Assembly (NCBI GenBank): GCA_964403295.1
Contig: CAYOFT010000002.1
Coordinates: 12,565 to 76,564 of the forward strand
Source: an uncultured Thermotogaceae bacterium
Lineage (GTDB): Bacteria > Thermotogota > Thermotogae > MWEM01
DNA length: 64,000 nt
Direction of reading: 5' to 3'
Shown: piece by piece, positions 29,182 through 37,554 of the stretch
Position numbering within the stretch: position 1 is the stretch's first letter
Layout of the letters: each line of letters opens with the position of its first letter
Translations under genes and position numbers: made by a program
The notes under the pieces: model-generated
Told to the model about the DNA's origin: nothing
Database searches by the model: none
The model's input: only the letters and a program-made list of their open reading frames with translations

Positions 29182-29421
29182 TCAGGTATTGTTGTCGCTG
29201 GACTTTTCCAAAACAATGTAATCATCTGGTTGTATAGTACTAACAGCATGTTTGAATATAAGACTTTGATGTTTGCCTTCCTCAACCAGAATAGAGTACA
29301 TATCAAATGATTTTAATTTCCCATGGATCTGAAAACCATTGACAAGAAATATTTTTACTCCTATCTTGTTTATTCTCAAATGGTTTAAAAAACGATCCTG
29401 TAAATTGAATTTCTCAGACAT
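29182..29421 (-). CDS. hfq: RNA chaperone Hfq
   Basis: Sm motifs NLQDRFLNHLR, VKIFLVNGFQIHGKLKSFD, IFKHAVSTI. ATG at 29421 after GAGGGGTGA. Confidence 0.85.
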   Translation of the reverse strand: MSEKFNLQDRFLNHLRINKIGVKIFLVNGFQIHGKLKSFDMYSILVEEGKHQSLIFKHAVSTIQPDDYIVLEKSSDNNT

Positions 29422-29555
29422 GATTTCACCCCTCATCATTAAAATATAAAAAAAATCATATTGTTTCTTCCAAATTATATCATTATCCTTGAAAAATCTC
29501 CGGAAAACTTACAAATTTATTTTTTATAGTTGTTTCTTAATCGAAGACTAAATTT

Positions 29556-29945
29556 TCAGAAATCAAAATATTGCATAATTATTGGTAATAGTTGTGGAAG
29601 TACTTCAACAAGTTGTTTAAGGAACGGGACTCGATTTGTTACTGGAACAATTTGAACACCTTCTTTTGAAATGATAATAACAGAGTATGGTAAAAGGTCC
29701 ATTCCACCACCAGCACCACCTCCATAAACGGTTTCAGGTCCTCCCAATCCTCCACCAAAACCAAAATTGGCTTCAAAAAGCGGAATGATGGTTTTATCAT
29801 CTACCTGGATTGGAGTTCCTATTGCCTTATCAGCTGTTAAAGCATCAATTGGCATACTCACTAATGCTTCAACTGTTTCTGAAATGTCATTTCCAAAAAA
29901 AACTAAAGGCAAAAACAACAACAAAATTACTAGCATTTTTTTCAT
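29556..29945 (-). CDS. GerW/YtfJ-family protein with signal peptide
   Basis: 129 aa; signal-like MKKMLVILLLFLPLVFF. Glycine-rich FGFGGGLGGPETVYGGGAGGGMDLLP core typical of the family. Confidence 0.6.
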   Translation of the reverse strand: MKKMLVILLLFLPLVFFGNDISETVEALVSMPIDALTADKAIGTPIQVDDKTIIPLFEANFGFGGGLGGPETVYGGGAGGGMDLLPYSVIIISKEGVQIVPVTNRVPFLKQLVEVLPQLLPIIMQYFDF

Positions 29946-30026
29946 GATTTCACCTCTTTAAGTAAAAATAATAAAATTTGATCTTTGATTATAACATGTA
30001 TGAGTATCCAAGTTTAAATTATCGAT

Positions 30027-30581
30027 TTATAGATTCCTGCTTCCCGGTTTAACGGGAAGATCATTATTGATGCATAAGGGGCAGCTTTCCGGTTCATAAG
30101 TTTTAAACTCAAGATGAATCGCCTCAAATACAGGCAAATCAAAATGAGCCATACCTCTGTTGGCAATACAGGCAAACCCTATAACATTACCCCCTAAGGC
30201 TTCTACAAGCTCCTTTACTTCTAATGATGATTTTCCCGTTGTGATGACATCTTCCATAATTAAGATGTTTTCGTTTGATTTTATCTCGAAACCTCGTCTC
30301 AATGTCATTTTATTATTAACTCTCTCTGAAAAAATCGTTTTTTTACCAGTTTGTCTTCCAAGAATATATGAAGGAATAATTCCCCCCATGGCAGGTCCGA
30401 TAATTGTATCAAAATCCAAGTCGATTTTTTCAGTGACGACAGCGATGACTTTTTCTGCAATTTGCGGGTATTGTAACAATTTTGCACATTGGATGTATTT
30501 TTCACTATGTTTACCAGAACTAAGTAAAAAGTGGCCTTCCAATAGTGCGCCAGTTTCTTTTAGAGCCTCAAAAACCATCAT
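30027..30581 (-). CDS. pyrE: Orotate phosphoribosyltransferase
   Basis: GHFLLSSGKHS and PRPP-binding ILIMEDVITTGKS. Confidence 0.9.
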   Translation of the reverse strand: MMVFEALKETGALLEGHFLLSSGKHSEKYIQCAKLLQYPQIAEKVIAVVTEKIDLDFDTIIGPAMGGIIPSYILGRQTGKKTIFSERVNNKMTLRRGFEIKSNENILIMEDVITTGKSSLEVKELVEALGGNVIGFACIANRGMAHFDLPVFEAIHLEFKTYEPESCPLCINNDLPVKPGSRNL

Positions 30582-30583
30582 AT

Positions 30584-31453
30584 TTAATTACCCTCCTGTT
30601 TTTTTACTGCATTCATAATTTGCGTTCTCATTTCAGTTGCAGCTTTTCTTGCCGCTTCGTCAAATTCTAAATCTCTCCATTTTTCACTTCTATAGGCGAG
30701 AATGATGCCTCGTGATGAATTAATGACACCACCATTTCCATGAATGAGATAATTTGAAACATCAACCGCAGTTCCACCTTGTGCCCCATAACCTGGGACT
30801 AAAAAGAAAGTGTTTTTCATCCTGTTTCTTATTGCAATCCCATCTTCAACATGTGTACATCCAACGACTGCCCCTAAAGACGAATAACCTGAAGAGCCAA
30901 TCAAATCTTGAGCTTTTTCCTCCAACAGTTCAATCATTTTCTGATAAACATATTTTCCGGAATCCGTTTTCAAATTTTGAATATCTCCAGAACCAGGATT
31001 AGAAGTCTTTAATAAAACAAATAATCCTTTACCAGATTTTAGATATTTTTCATAAGGTTCAAGTGTATCAGATCCCATATACATATTTACAGTGATCATG
31101 TCTACTTCAAAATCACCTGAAAAATGTGCTTTTGCATACATTTGACCTGTTTTTGAGATGTCACCGCGTTTTACATCTGCAATCAGTGGAACTTTTTTAT
31201 TTCGAATGTAGTCCAAAGTTCTTTTATAAGCCATAAGTCCTTGTAGTCCTTCAGCTTCATAATAGGCTATTTGTACTTTAAAAGCAGCAGCGATATCCTC
31301 AGTGGAATCAATAATTTTACGGTTAAATTCAAATAGTCGATCTTCAATACAGTCATATTTATCATTTATAGACGCTGGAATATAATCAATTGAGGTATCC
31401 AAGCCTATACATACAGGTCCTTTCTCTTTTACAGTATAAAAAAGTTTATCCAT
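30584..31453 (-). CDS. pyrF: Orotidine-5'-phosphate decarboxylase (long, type 2)
   Basis: CIGLDT, IADVKRGDI, PGYGAQGG. ATG at 31453 after AAGGGAGAGG. 8-nt overlap with pyrC. Confidence 0.85.
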   Translation of the reverse strand: MDKLFYTVKEKGPVCIGLDTSIDYIPASINDKYDCIEDRLFEFNRKIIDSTEDIAAAFKVQIAYYEAEGLQGLMAYKRTLDYIRNKKVPLIADVKRGDISKTGQMYAKAHFSGDFEVDMITVNMYMGSDTLEPYEKYLKSGKGLFVLLKTSNPGSGDIQNLKTDSGKYVYQKMIELLEEKAQDLIGSSGYSSLGAVVGCTHVEDGIAIRNRMKNTFFLVPGYGAQGGTAVDVSNYLIHGNGGVINSSRGIILAYRSEKWRDLEFDEAARKAATEMRTQIMNAVKKQEGN

Positions 31454-32669
31454 TTCCTCTCCCTTCAACTATATGATCATTTTCAAACTTCACAATACCC
31501 TCTTTCATGACGAGTTTGATTTTTCCTTTTAGTGTTTTTCCTTCAAACGGTGTGTTGTGTCCTTTTGAATAAAACTCAGATCCATCTACTTTAAATTCAT
31601 CATCAGGGTCCAACAAAATTAAATCCGCATTTACACCCTTTTGTATGATTCCTTTGTTAACACCCAAAATTTGCGCCGGGTTATAAGACATCAATTCTGA
31701 TAATTTCATCAACGTTATTTTTTTTGTCCGTACAAGATGTGTGTAGCATATTGAAAAGGCAAGTTCGATACCGGTCATTCCTGGAGAACCATCTTTTTTA
31801 TCCTGTTGACTGTGGGGTGCATGATCAGTTGCGACACAGTCGACAGTCTTATCATGAATTCCCTTGATTAGTGCCTCGATATCATCTTGTTTCCTCAATG
31901 GAGGATGAACTTTATAGGTGATAGCATCAGAAAGAACTAAATGATGAGGTGTGCATTCACAAGTGACATTGATTCCCTTTAATTTTGCCTTAGCAATCAT
32001 TTCTATGGCCTCTTTTGTACTTACATGTGCCATATGCAAATGGGCTCTTGTCTCCTCACATAAGGTCAAATCTCTTTGGGTCATTTGATTTTCTGATTGT
32101 CGGGTATCATATTTGCTGATTTGTTTATATTCTGCATGCGAAGACACGATTAATCCCTTTTTAAAAGCAATTTCCATTGCCTTTTTCATAACTTCATCCG
32201 ATTCAACACCATTTCCATCGTCAGAAATTATCTTACACCCTTTATTCGTAATTTTTTCGATATGCTGATAATCTTTTCCGTTAAAGTCCTTGGTAATTGA
32301 GCAACCTTGGAAAATATCAATCAAATCAATTTCTTTTGCCTTTGTCAGGTTTCTTTGTACAAGTTGATCACCATTACAAACCGGAAGGGTATTTGCCATA
32401 AGGTTGACGGTAGTATATCCACCTTTGACGGCGGCTCTAGAACCTGATAGTATATCTTCTTTGTATGTATATCCAGGATCTCGAAAATGAGCGTGTAAAT
32501 CTACAAAAGCTGGCATCAAGATTTGATTATTTCCATCAACCACTTTGCAATTCTCATTTATTTCAGTTTCTACAGATTTAATCAAACCGTTTTCAATTAA
32601 CACGTCTTTTTTTTCATAGGTGTCTTTATCGCAAATAATTACATTTTTTATCAATAAATTTTTGTTCAT
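31446..32669 (-). CDS. pyrC: Dihydroorotase
   Basis: [20 protein letters not shown]. 4-nt overlap with pyrI. Confidence 0.85.
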   Translation of the reverse strand: MNKNLLIKNVIICDKDTYEKKDVLIENGLIKSVETEINENCKVVDGNNQILMPAFVDLHAHFRDPGYTYKEDILSGSRAAVKGGYTTVNLMANTLPVCNGDQLVQRNLTKAKEIDLIDIFQGCSITKDFNGKDYQHIEKITNKGCKIISDDGNGVESDEVMKKAMEIAFKKGLIVSSHAEYKQISKYDTRQSENQMTQRDLTLCEETRAHLHMAHVSTKEAIEMIAKAKLKGINVTCECTPHHLVLSDAITYKVHPPLRKQDDIEALIKGIHDKTVDCVATDHAPHSQQDKKDGSPGMTGIELAFSICYTHLVRTKKITLMKLSELMSYNPAQILGVNKGIIQKGVNADLILLDPDDEFKVDGSEFYSKGHNTPFEGKTLKGKIKLVMKEGIVKFENDHIVEGRGNG

Positions 32670-33100
32670 ACCTTGTTTCCCAAAGCATATTTTTCATCAC
32701 AATATTTGCATCGATAAACACCTTTCTTTTCATCTACCAGATAAAAGACATGTGTTAGATTCCGTTCAATAGAAGTAATACATCTTGGATTCTTGCATTT
32801 AATGACGTTTTCTACGACTTCGGGTAAACTTAACTTCAGTTTTTTTGTAATTTTGTGATTTTGAATAATATTAATGGTGACATCAGGATCAATTAAACCC
32901 AATTCACTTAGGTCGAAATTAATCTCATTTTCAATCTTGATAATATCCTTTTTTCCTTGCTTTTTGCTGATTACATTCATAATTAAGGCAACAGTATAAT
33001 CAACTTTGTCCAAACCAAGATAATTAAATATTTCAACACCGTATCCAGCTCTGATATGATCAATCACGATCCCGTTTTCAATGGTATTTATTGTCATCAT
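32666..33100 (-). CDS. pyrI: Aspartate carbamoyltransferase regulatory chain
   Basis: [10 protein letters not shown] and zinc domain CKNPRCIT...CKYC. Confidence 0.85.
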   Translation of the reverse strand: MMTINTIENGIVIDHIRAGYGVEIFNYLGLDKVDYTVALIMNVISKKQGKKDIIKIENEINFDLSELGLIDPDVTINIIQNHKITKKLKLSLPEVVENVIKCKNPRCITSIERNLTHVFYLVDEKKGVYRCKYCDEKYALGNKV

Positions 33101-33101
33101 T

Positions 33102-34025
33102 TCAACACACCCCCAGTAACTTGGAAATTAAACCCATACGTACATACATCCCCATTTTTGCCTGTTTGAAGTAATAAGCCCTGGGATCTTTGTCTATTTC
33201 ATAAGCAATCTCATTCACCCTGGGAAGTGGGTGCATTACAATCATTTGATCAGAGGCCTTTTTCATTTTTTCATTGTCTAGTATATATGTATCTTTTAGC
33301 CGGATATAATCCTCTTCGTTGAAAAAGCGTTCTTTTTGAACCCTGGTCATATACAAAATATCCAAATCATGAATACATTCTTCTATTTTTTCATGTTCAA
33401 AGTAGTGGATAGACTGCTTGTCTAAAATTTCCTCTTTGATGTAGTCAGGAATCTTTAACTCTTTTGGAGAGATTAAATGCATTTCGTTTCCTGGATATCT
33501 AGAAAGAGCCTTAATTAATGAATGAACGGTTCTACCAAATTTTAGGTCTCCACAGTAACCAATCCTTAAATTGTTTAACGAATTTTTCACTGTACGAATT
33601 GTAAGTAAATCAGTCAATGTCTGAGTGGGATGTTGATGTCCCCCATCTCCTGCATTGATAACCGGCACATCAGAATATATGGAAGCTACTTTTGGGGCAC
33701 CCTCCTTTGGATGCCTCATGACGATAACATCAGCATAGCATGCAACCGTTCTTATAGTATCAGCAATGCTTTCGCCTTTTGAAACGGAGCTTGAACCTGC
33801 CTCTGAAAAGCCAATGACTTGCCCACCCAGTCGCATCATAGCTGCTTCAAAACTTAATCTGGTTCTGGTACTTGGTTCATAAAAAAGACTACCCAAAATC
33901 TTTCCCGAGCACTTTTTTGAATAGTTTTCGGGGTTTTTTGAAATTTTTTCAGAAAGAGAAAGAATTTCATCAATCTCTTCAGTTGAAAAATCCATAGGAT
34001 CGATCAAATGTCTGTTTTTTATCAT
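33102..34025 (-). CDS. pyrB: Aspartate carbamoyltransferase catalytic chain
   Basis: [32 protein letters not shown] lies 5 nt upstream of the ATG. Confidence 0.9.
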   Translation of the reverse strand: MIKNRHLIDPMDFSTEEIDEILSLSEKISKNPENYSKKCSGKILGSLFYEPSTRTRLSFEAAMMRLGGQVIGFSEAGSSSVSKGESIADTIRTVACYADVIVMRHPKEGAPKVASIYSDVPVINAGDGGHQHPTQTLTDLLTIRTVKNSLNNLRIGYCGDLKFGRTVHSLIKALSRYPGNEMHLISPKELKIPDYIKEEILDKQSIHYFEHEKIEECIHDLDILYMTRVQKERFFNEEDYIRLKDTYILDNEKMKKASDQMIVMHPLPRVNEIAYEIDKDPRAYYFKQAKMGMYVRMGLISKLLGVC

Positions 34026-34037
34026 TTTGTCCCTCCC

Positions 34038-34079
34038 AAAAAAAAACCACCATTACTAAAAACAGTAATGGTGGTTTTT
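34038..34079 (-). terminator. Strong intrinsic terminator acting as a candidate attenuator directly upstream of pyrB
   Basis: Minus strand CCACCATTACT-GTTTTT-AGTAATGGTGG (11 bp) followed by nine U. It ends only 12 nt before the pyrB ATG, with the SD lying in between. Confidence 0.7.
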
Positions 34080-34136
34080 AAATTTTAAAAAATCGTATGG
34101 TAATTTTCTATACCGTAAACCCATTCGTTTATGCAT
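34056..34136 (-). CDS. Candidate 26-codon leader peptide of the pyrB attenuator (MHKRMGLRYRKLPYDFLKFKNHHYCF)
   Basis: ATG at 34136 lies 8 nt after GGAG. The TAG stop spans the loop/3'-arm junction of the terminator. Too short for the ORF track. Confidence 0.3.
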   Translation of the reverse strand: MHKRMGLRYRKLPYDFLKFKNHHYCF

Positions 34137-34217
34137 TTTTTCAACTCCGTTTTTTTATCCGAATGATTCTATCATAGAGAATTGACATTATATTTACTAC
34201 AACATGACTTTAATATA

Positions 34218-35138
34218 TCAGGATTGCTGTGCTTTACAAAAAACAGAAGAATAATTTAAATTTCTGTATTTTAACCATTCTTCCATTTTTTCAATAATAT
34301 GTATGGGTATCAACGGGTCTACCATAACACCGAATCCTATTCCCACCAGATTTGCTCCTGCCATCAAATATTCCAAAGCGTCTTCATGATTTAAAACCCC
34401 GCCAGTTCCTACAATAAGAATATCTTTAAATTGTCTTCTTACCTGATAGACTTGGTTCAAAGTGATGGGTTTTATTGCCGGTCCTGCAAATCCACCAAAT
34501 TCTCTTTTTAATATGGGTTTCATTGTATTAATATCAATTTTCATGCCCTTAGGACAATTGGACAGCACAACACCGGAGGCTCCCCCTAAAATAGATGCCT
34601 GAACAAGTTCAAATATGTTATCTGCCGGAGCAAATTTAATCAACAAGGTTTTTTTTGTTATTTTCCTCAGTTTTTTAATCGTGTCGTTAATCTTGCTGGG
34701 ATTTGTACCGATTGGCTCTTTACCTTTATCAACGTTAGGACAAGAAAAATTAATTTCTAGAAAATCAATTTTCTTGTCATCCAACTCTTTTACCATTATT
34801 TCCATTTCTTCAGCATAATTTGATGCGATACTGACAATTACAGGAACCTTTAATTGTTCCAAAAAAGGAACGGTTTCTTTCAGAAAAGCTTTAAAACCCG
34901 GATTTTGTAACCCAATTGAATTAATAATTCCACCATATACATCAACGATCCTTGGGGGTGGATTTCCTTCTGTTCTTTCGAATGTCACCGTTTTTGAAGT
35001 AAACATTCCTATTTTAGAAAGATCTATTACTTGCGATAATTCTTCCCCGTTTCCCGCTGGACCTGAGGCGATGACAATAGGATTTTTGATATTTACGCCA
35101 GCCCAATCTAAAGAAAGTAAATTGTTTTTCAAGCGCAT
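34218..35138 (-). CDS. pyrD: Dihydroorotate dehydrogenase, class 1B catalytic subunit
   Basis: NPIVIASG, INSIGLQNPG, NFSCPN, GTGGV. ATG overlaps the pyrK stop (TGATG). Confidence 0.85.
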   Translation of the reverse strand: MRLKNNLLSLDWAGVNIKNPIVIASGPAGNGEELSQVIDLSKIGMFTSKTVTFERTEGNPPPRIVDVYGGIINSIGLQNPGFKAFLKETVPFLEQLKVPVIVSIASNYAEEMEIMVKELDDKKIDFLEINFSCPNVDKGKEPIGTNPSKINDTIKKLRKITKKTLLIKFAPADNIFELVQASILGGASGVVLSNCPKGMKIDINTMKPILKREFGGFAGPAIKPITLNQVYQVRRQFKDILIVGTGGVLNHEDALEYLMAGANLVGIGFGVMVDPLIPIHIIEKMEEWLKYRNLNYSSVFCKAQQS

Positions 35139-35881
35139 CACCATTCCCATATAATTTCGTTGGATTTAAAAACCGGTCCGTCTGTACAAACCATTTTAAT
35201 TCCTGATTTTGTCTTTATAGGGCAACCTTTACACATCCCCATACCACAGCCCATTCTCTCATCCAATGATACAAACAATTGATAATTTCTTTCTGTCGAA
35301 TGTTTGTGTAATGCGTGACACATCCCTAGGCTTCCACAAGCAAGGACAATTGGGGATTCACTTTTATCTTTTTCAGTCAGATATTTCTCCAACTCATCAA
35401 TAACGGTTTTTCCAGTCTGGGATTCATATACCGCTTCTTTTATTTCAATCAAATCTTTTATGTGTTCGTTTTTAAACCCAATAATAGATTTCTGGATCAA
35501 ATGTGGATTTCGGTTGTTAAAAAAAAGGATGGGAGCTGCACCACATCCACCGCCTATGGTAATAATTTTTTTTGACAAATCAATTTTTTTTTCAAATGCT
35601 GTACCATAAGGCCCTCTAAAAAAGAATGGCTCACCGGGCGTAGCTTGACTTAAATAGTTGGTAAATCTGCCGATTATTTTAATCAACATTGAAAAGCCTT
35701 CTCTATTCGTATTTAAGACTGAAAAAGGTTTTGCCAAAACAGGTTCTGTTCGGTTTTTTAGCATCAGAAATTCACCGGGTTTGATAAAATCTGTTTTTTC
35801 AGACAAAGGGGAATCAAAAAGGAAAGTTGCAATCATAAAGTCATCTGAAACTTTTTTATCTTTAAGGTAGATTTTTGTCAA
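35138..35881 (-). CDS. pyrK: Dihydroorotate dehydrogenase electron-transfer subunit (FAD/2Fe-2S)
   Basis: C-terminal CGMGMCKGCPI...MVCTDGPVF cluster motif. TTG start 7 nt after GAGGTGA. Confidence 0.85.
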   Translation of the reverse strand: MTKIYLKDKKVSDDFMIATFLFDSPLSEKTDFIKPGEFLMLKNRTEPVLAKPFSVLNTNREGFSMLIKIIGRFTNYLSQATPGEPFFFRGPYGTAFEKKIDLSKKIITIGGGCGAAPILFFNNRNPHLIQKSIIGFKNEHIKDLIEIKEAVYESQTGKTVIDELEKYLTEKDKSESPIVLACGSLGMCHALHKHSTERNYQLFVSLDERMGCGMGMCKGCPIKTKSGIKMVCTDGPVFKSNEIIWEW

Positions 35882-36067
35882 AAGTATTCACCTCATTGTG
35901 ATTAGACATCGCCTTATTTTTTTCTTTGTATAGTATAACAGGAAGCAGCGAAATTTTTATTCATGTAGTGAGGTGGAATGGAAAGAAAAAGAATGATATA
36001 ATACACCTAAATTAAGGGGGAAAAGGATTTTCCGGTAAAAAAATCATCAGTTTTGAAAGGTAGTGTA

Positions 36068-37066
36068 ATGAAAAAAAGAATCCTGCAGTTAATTTTCTCT
36101 ATAATTATTTTTACAAACTGTCTTGCTTATCATTATATTTTTCCCAATGAAATATTGTATCAGAATCGACCAACAACAGGGTTTATGTGTTCGAATCAGG
36201 CCATTGGTTTTTTTATCAGTACTAGGTTTTCGATAGATACTATATTCAAATATAAAGTTAATGACCCTCTTTTAGCCGGACTGATTCAAACAGAATCTTC
36301 TTTTTACCTCCATGCGATTTCAGATTCAAATGCCTTGGGCCTTTTTCAGATGAAACCGTTTATAGCATCTGAAATTGGTGCTTTAAACCCTTTTAATCCC
36401 AGTATTGATAAAAAAGTTTCCACTCTATTGGACAAATATTCATCTACCTTAGGAAATTTAAATAATGCTTTGGGGGCTTATCATATAGGCTATTACGGTG
36501 TCCAGAAAATAATAAACTCCGGAAATAATCCTATGCATGATAAAAGGATTAACGATTATGTGCAAAAAATACATTCTTTTCAACGTCTCTATAAAAAAGG
36601 TGATAAAATACCTTTGAAAGATTATGTTTGGTTTGACTTTTCAATGAGTCTTACAGAACCCAATACATTTTCAAGCTACCTAATAATACCCGAGTATTCT
36701 TTAGGAAGTTTTGCTTTAGGTATAAAAAAAGAAAACAATTTCCAATTTTCATTCTATCAGGATTTTTCGCTATTTTGGTTTTTGAGTACATATTTAGGTT
36801 ATGAGGATGGTTTTATTGTTGGTTGCGTTTTAAAGTCCAACGACTGGTATGATAAAGTGTCTATTAAGTATAATTTTTCTAAGGAAGATTTAATTTGGAG
36901 CGCTGGTTTTATTTTTGATTATTTTTCAGTTGATTTAGGATTTTCAAAATCAAGTATTTTTATAAAACCTGCTTTTATTTTAAAAGATCGTTATTTTTTT
37001 GAAATACCACTTTATTTTACTGATTATTCTTTCATACCTGGAATTTCAGTAAAGATTAAATTTTGA
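36068..37066 (+). CDS. Lytic transglycosylase (SLT domain) fused to a predicted C-terminal beta-barrel
   Basis: Signal-like MKKRILQLIFSIIIFTNCLA. SLT motifs LIQTESSF, ALGLFQM, AYHIGYYG. C-terminal ~170 aa of alternating hydrophobic strands ending VKIKF. Confidence 0.65.
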   Translation: MKKRILQLIFSIIIFTNCLAYHYIFPNEILYQNRPTTGFMCSNQAIGFFISTRFSIDTIFKYKVNDPLLAGLIQTESSFYLHAISDSNALGLFQMKPFIASEIGALNPFNPSIDKKVSTLLDKYSSTLGNLNNALGAYHIGYYGVQKIINSGNNPMHDKRINDYVQKIHSFQRLYKKGDKIPLKDYVWFDFSMSLTEPNTFSSYLIIPEYSLGSFALGIKKENNFQFSFYQDFSLFWFLSTYLGYEDGFIVGCVLKSNDWYDKVSIKYNFSKEDLIWSAGFIFDYFSVDLGFSKSSIFIKPAFILKDRYFFEIPLYFTDYSFIPGISVKIKF

Positions 37067-37083
37067 TAGGAGCTACGGTAATA

Positions 37084-37512
37084 ATGATGGAACAAGCTGT
37101 TGTTGAAAAAATTATTGAAAAGAGAAAAAAGGGAGATCTTGTTTTACTTAAAAAAGTAAGACCCGATGCTTGCCACCATTGTCAGGGTAAAGTTTTGTGT
37201 GGCGTGAAAAGCAATTTTACTTTTAAGGCAGTTAATCGTTCATCATCAGTCCTTAAAAAAGGTGATTTTGTAGAATATTTACTTCCTGATATATCCGTGA
37301 TCAAATTATCTTTTTTAGTCTATTCTGTACCCCTTATATCATTTTTAACCGTCATTCTTTTGTTTCAATGGGTTTTTGAGAGTGGAGAACTACTTTCTGT
37401 ATTATTAGGATTAATCGTGATGTTTCTTACTTTTCTAATAATTGGATGGGTTGATAAAACAAAATTAAAAAATAGAGATCGAAGATTACCAATAATTCAG
37501 CAAAAAATATAA
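37084..37512 (+). CDS. RseC/MucC-family membrane protein
   Basis: N-terminal cysteine segment ACHHCQGKVLCG followed by GDFVEY and two TM helices. The ORF overlaps the stop of the preceding gene. Confidence 0.6.
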   Translation: MMEQAVVEKIIEKRKKGDLVLLKKVRPDACHHCQGKVLCGVKSNFTFKAVNRSSSVLKKGDFVEYLLPDISVIKLSFLVYSVPLISFLTVILLFQWVFESGELLSVLLGLIVMFLTFLIIGWVDKTKLKNRDRRLPIIQQKI

Positions 37513-37554
37513 AGAGAGATACTATTTTAGTGAACAAAACAGGAGGGGAATTTT

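Noticed and set aside
30160-30618. 152-aa plus-strand ORF antisense to pyrE
   Set aside because: It is fully embedded antisense in a confidently identified pyrE, with no start context and a low-complexity translation.
34080-34217. PyrR-binding anti-antiterminator loop in the pyrB leader
   Set aside because: No ARUCCAGAGAGGYU-like loop is present and there is no pyrR gene in the window. The leader-peptide model fits the sequence better.
35882-36067. Replication origin at the minus-to-plus strand-switch, or near dnaN (60646-61755)
   Set aside because: There is no dnaA gene, no cluster of repeated DnaA-box-like elements and no AT-rich unwinding repeats beyond the background. The opposite strand switch occurs only 15 kb away, so this is local operon orientation.
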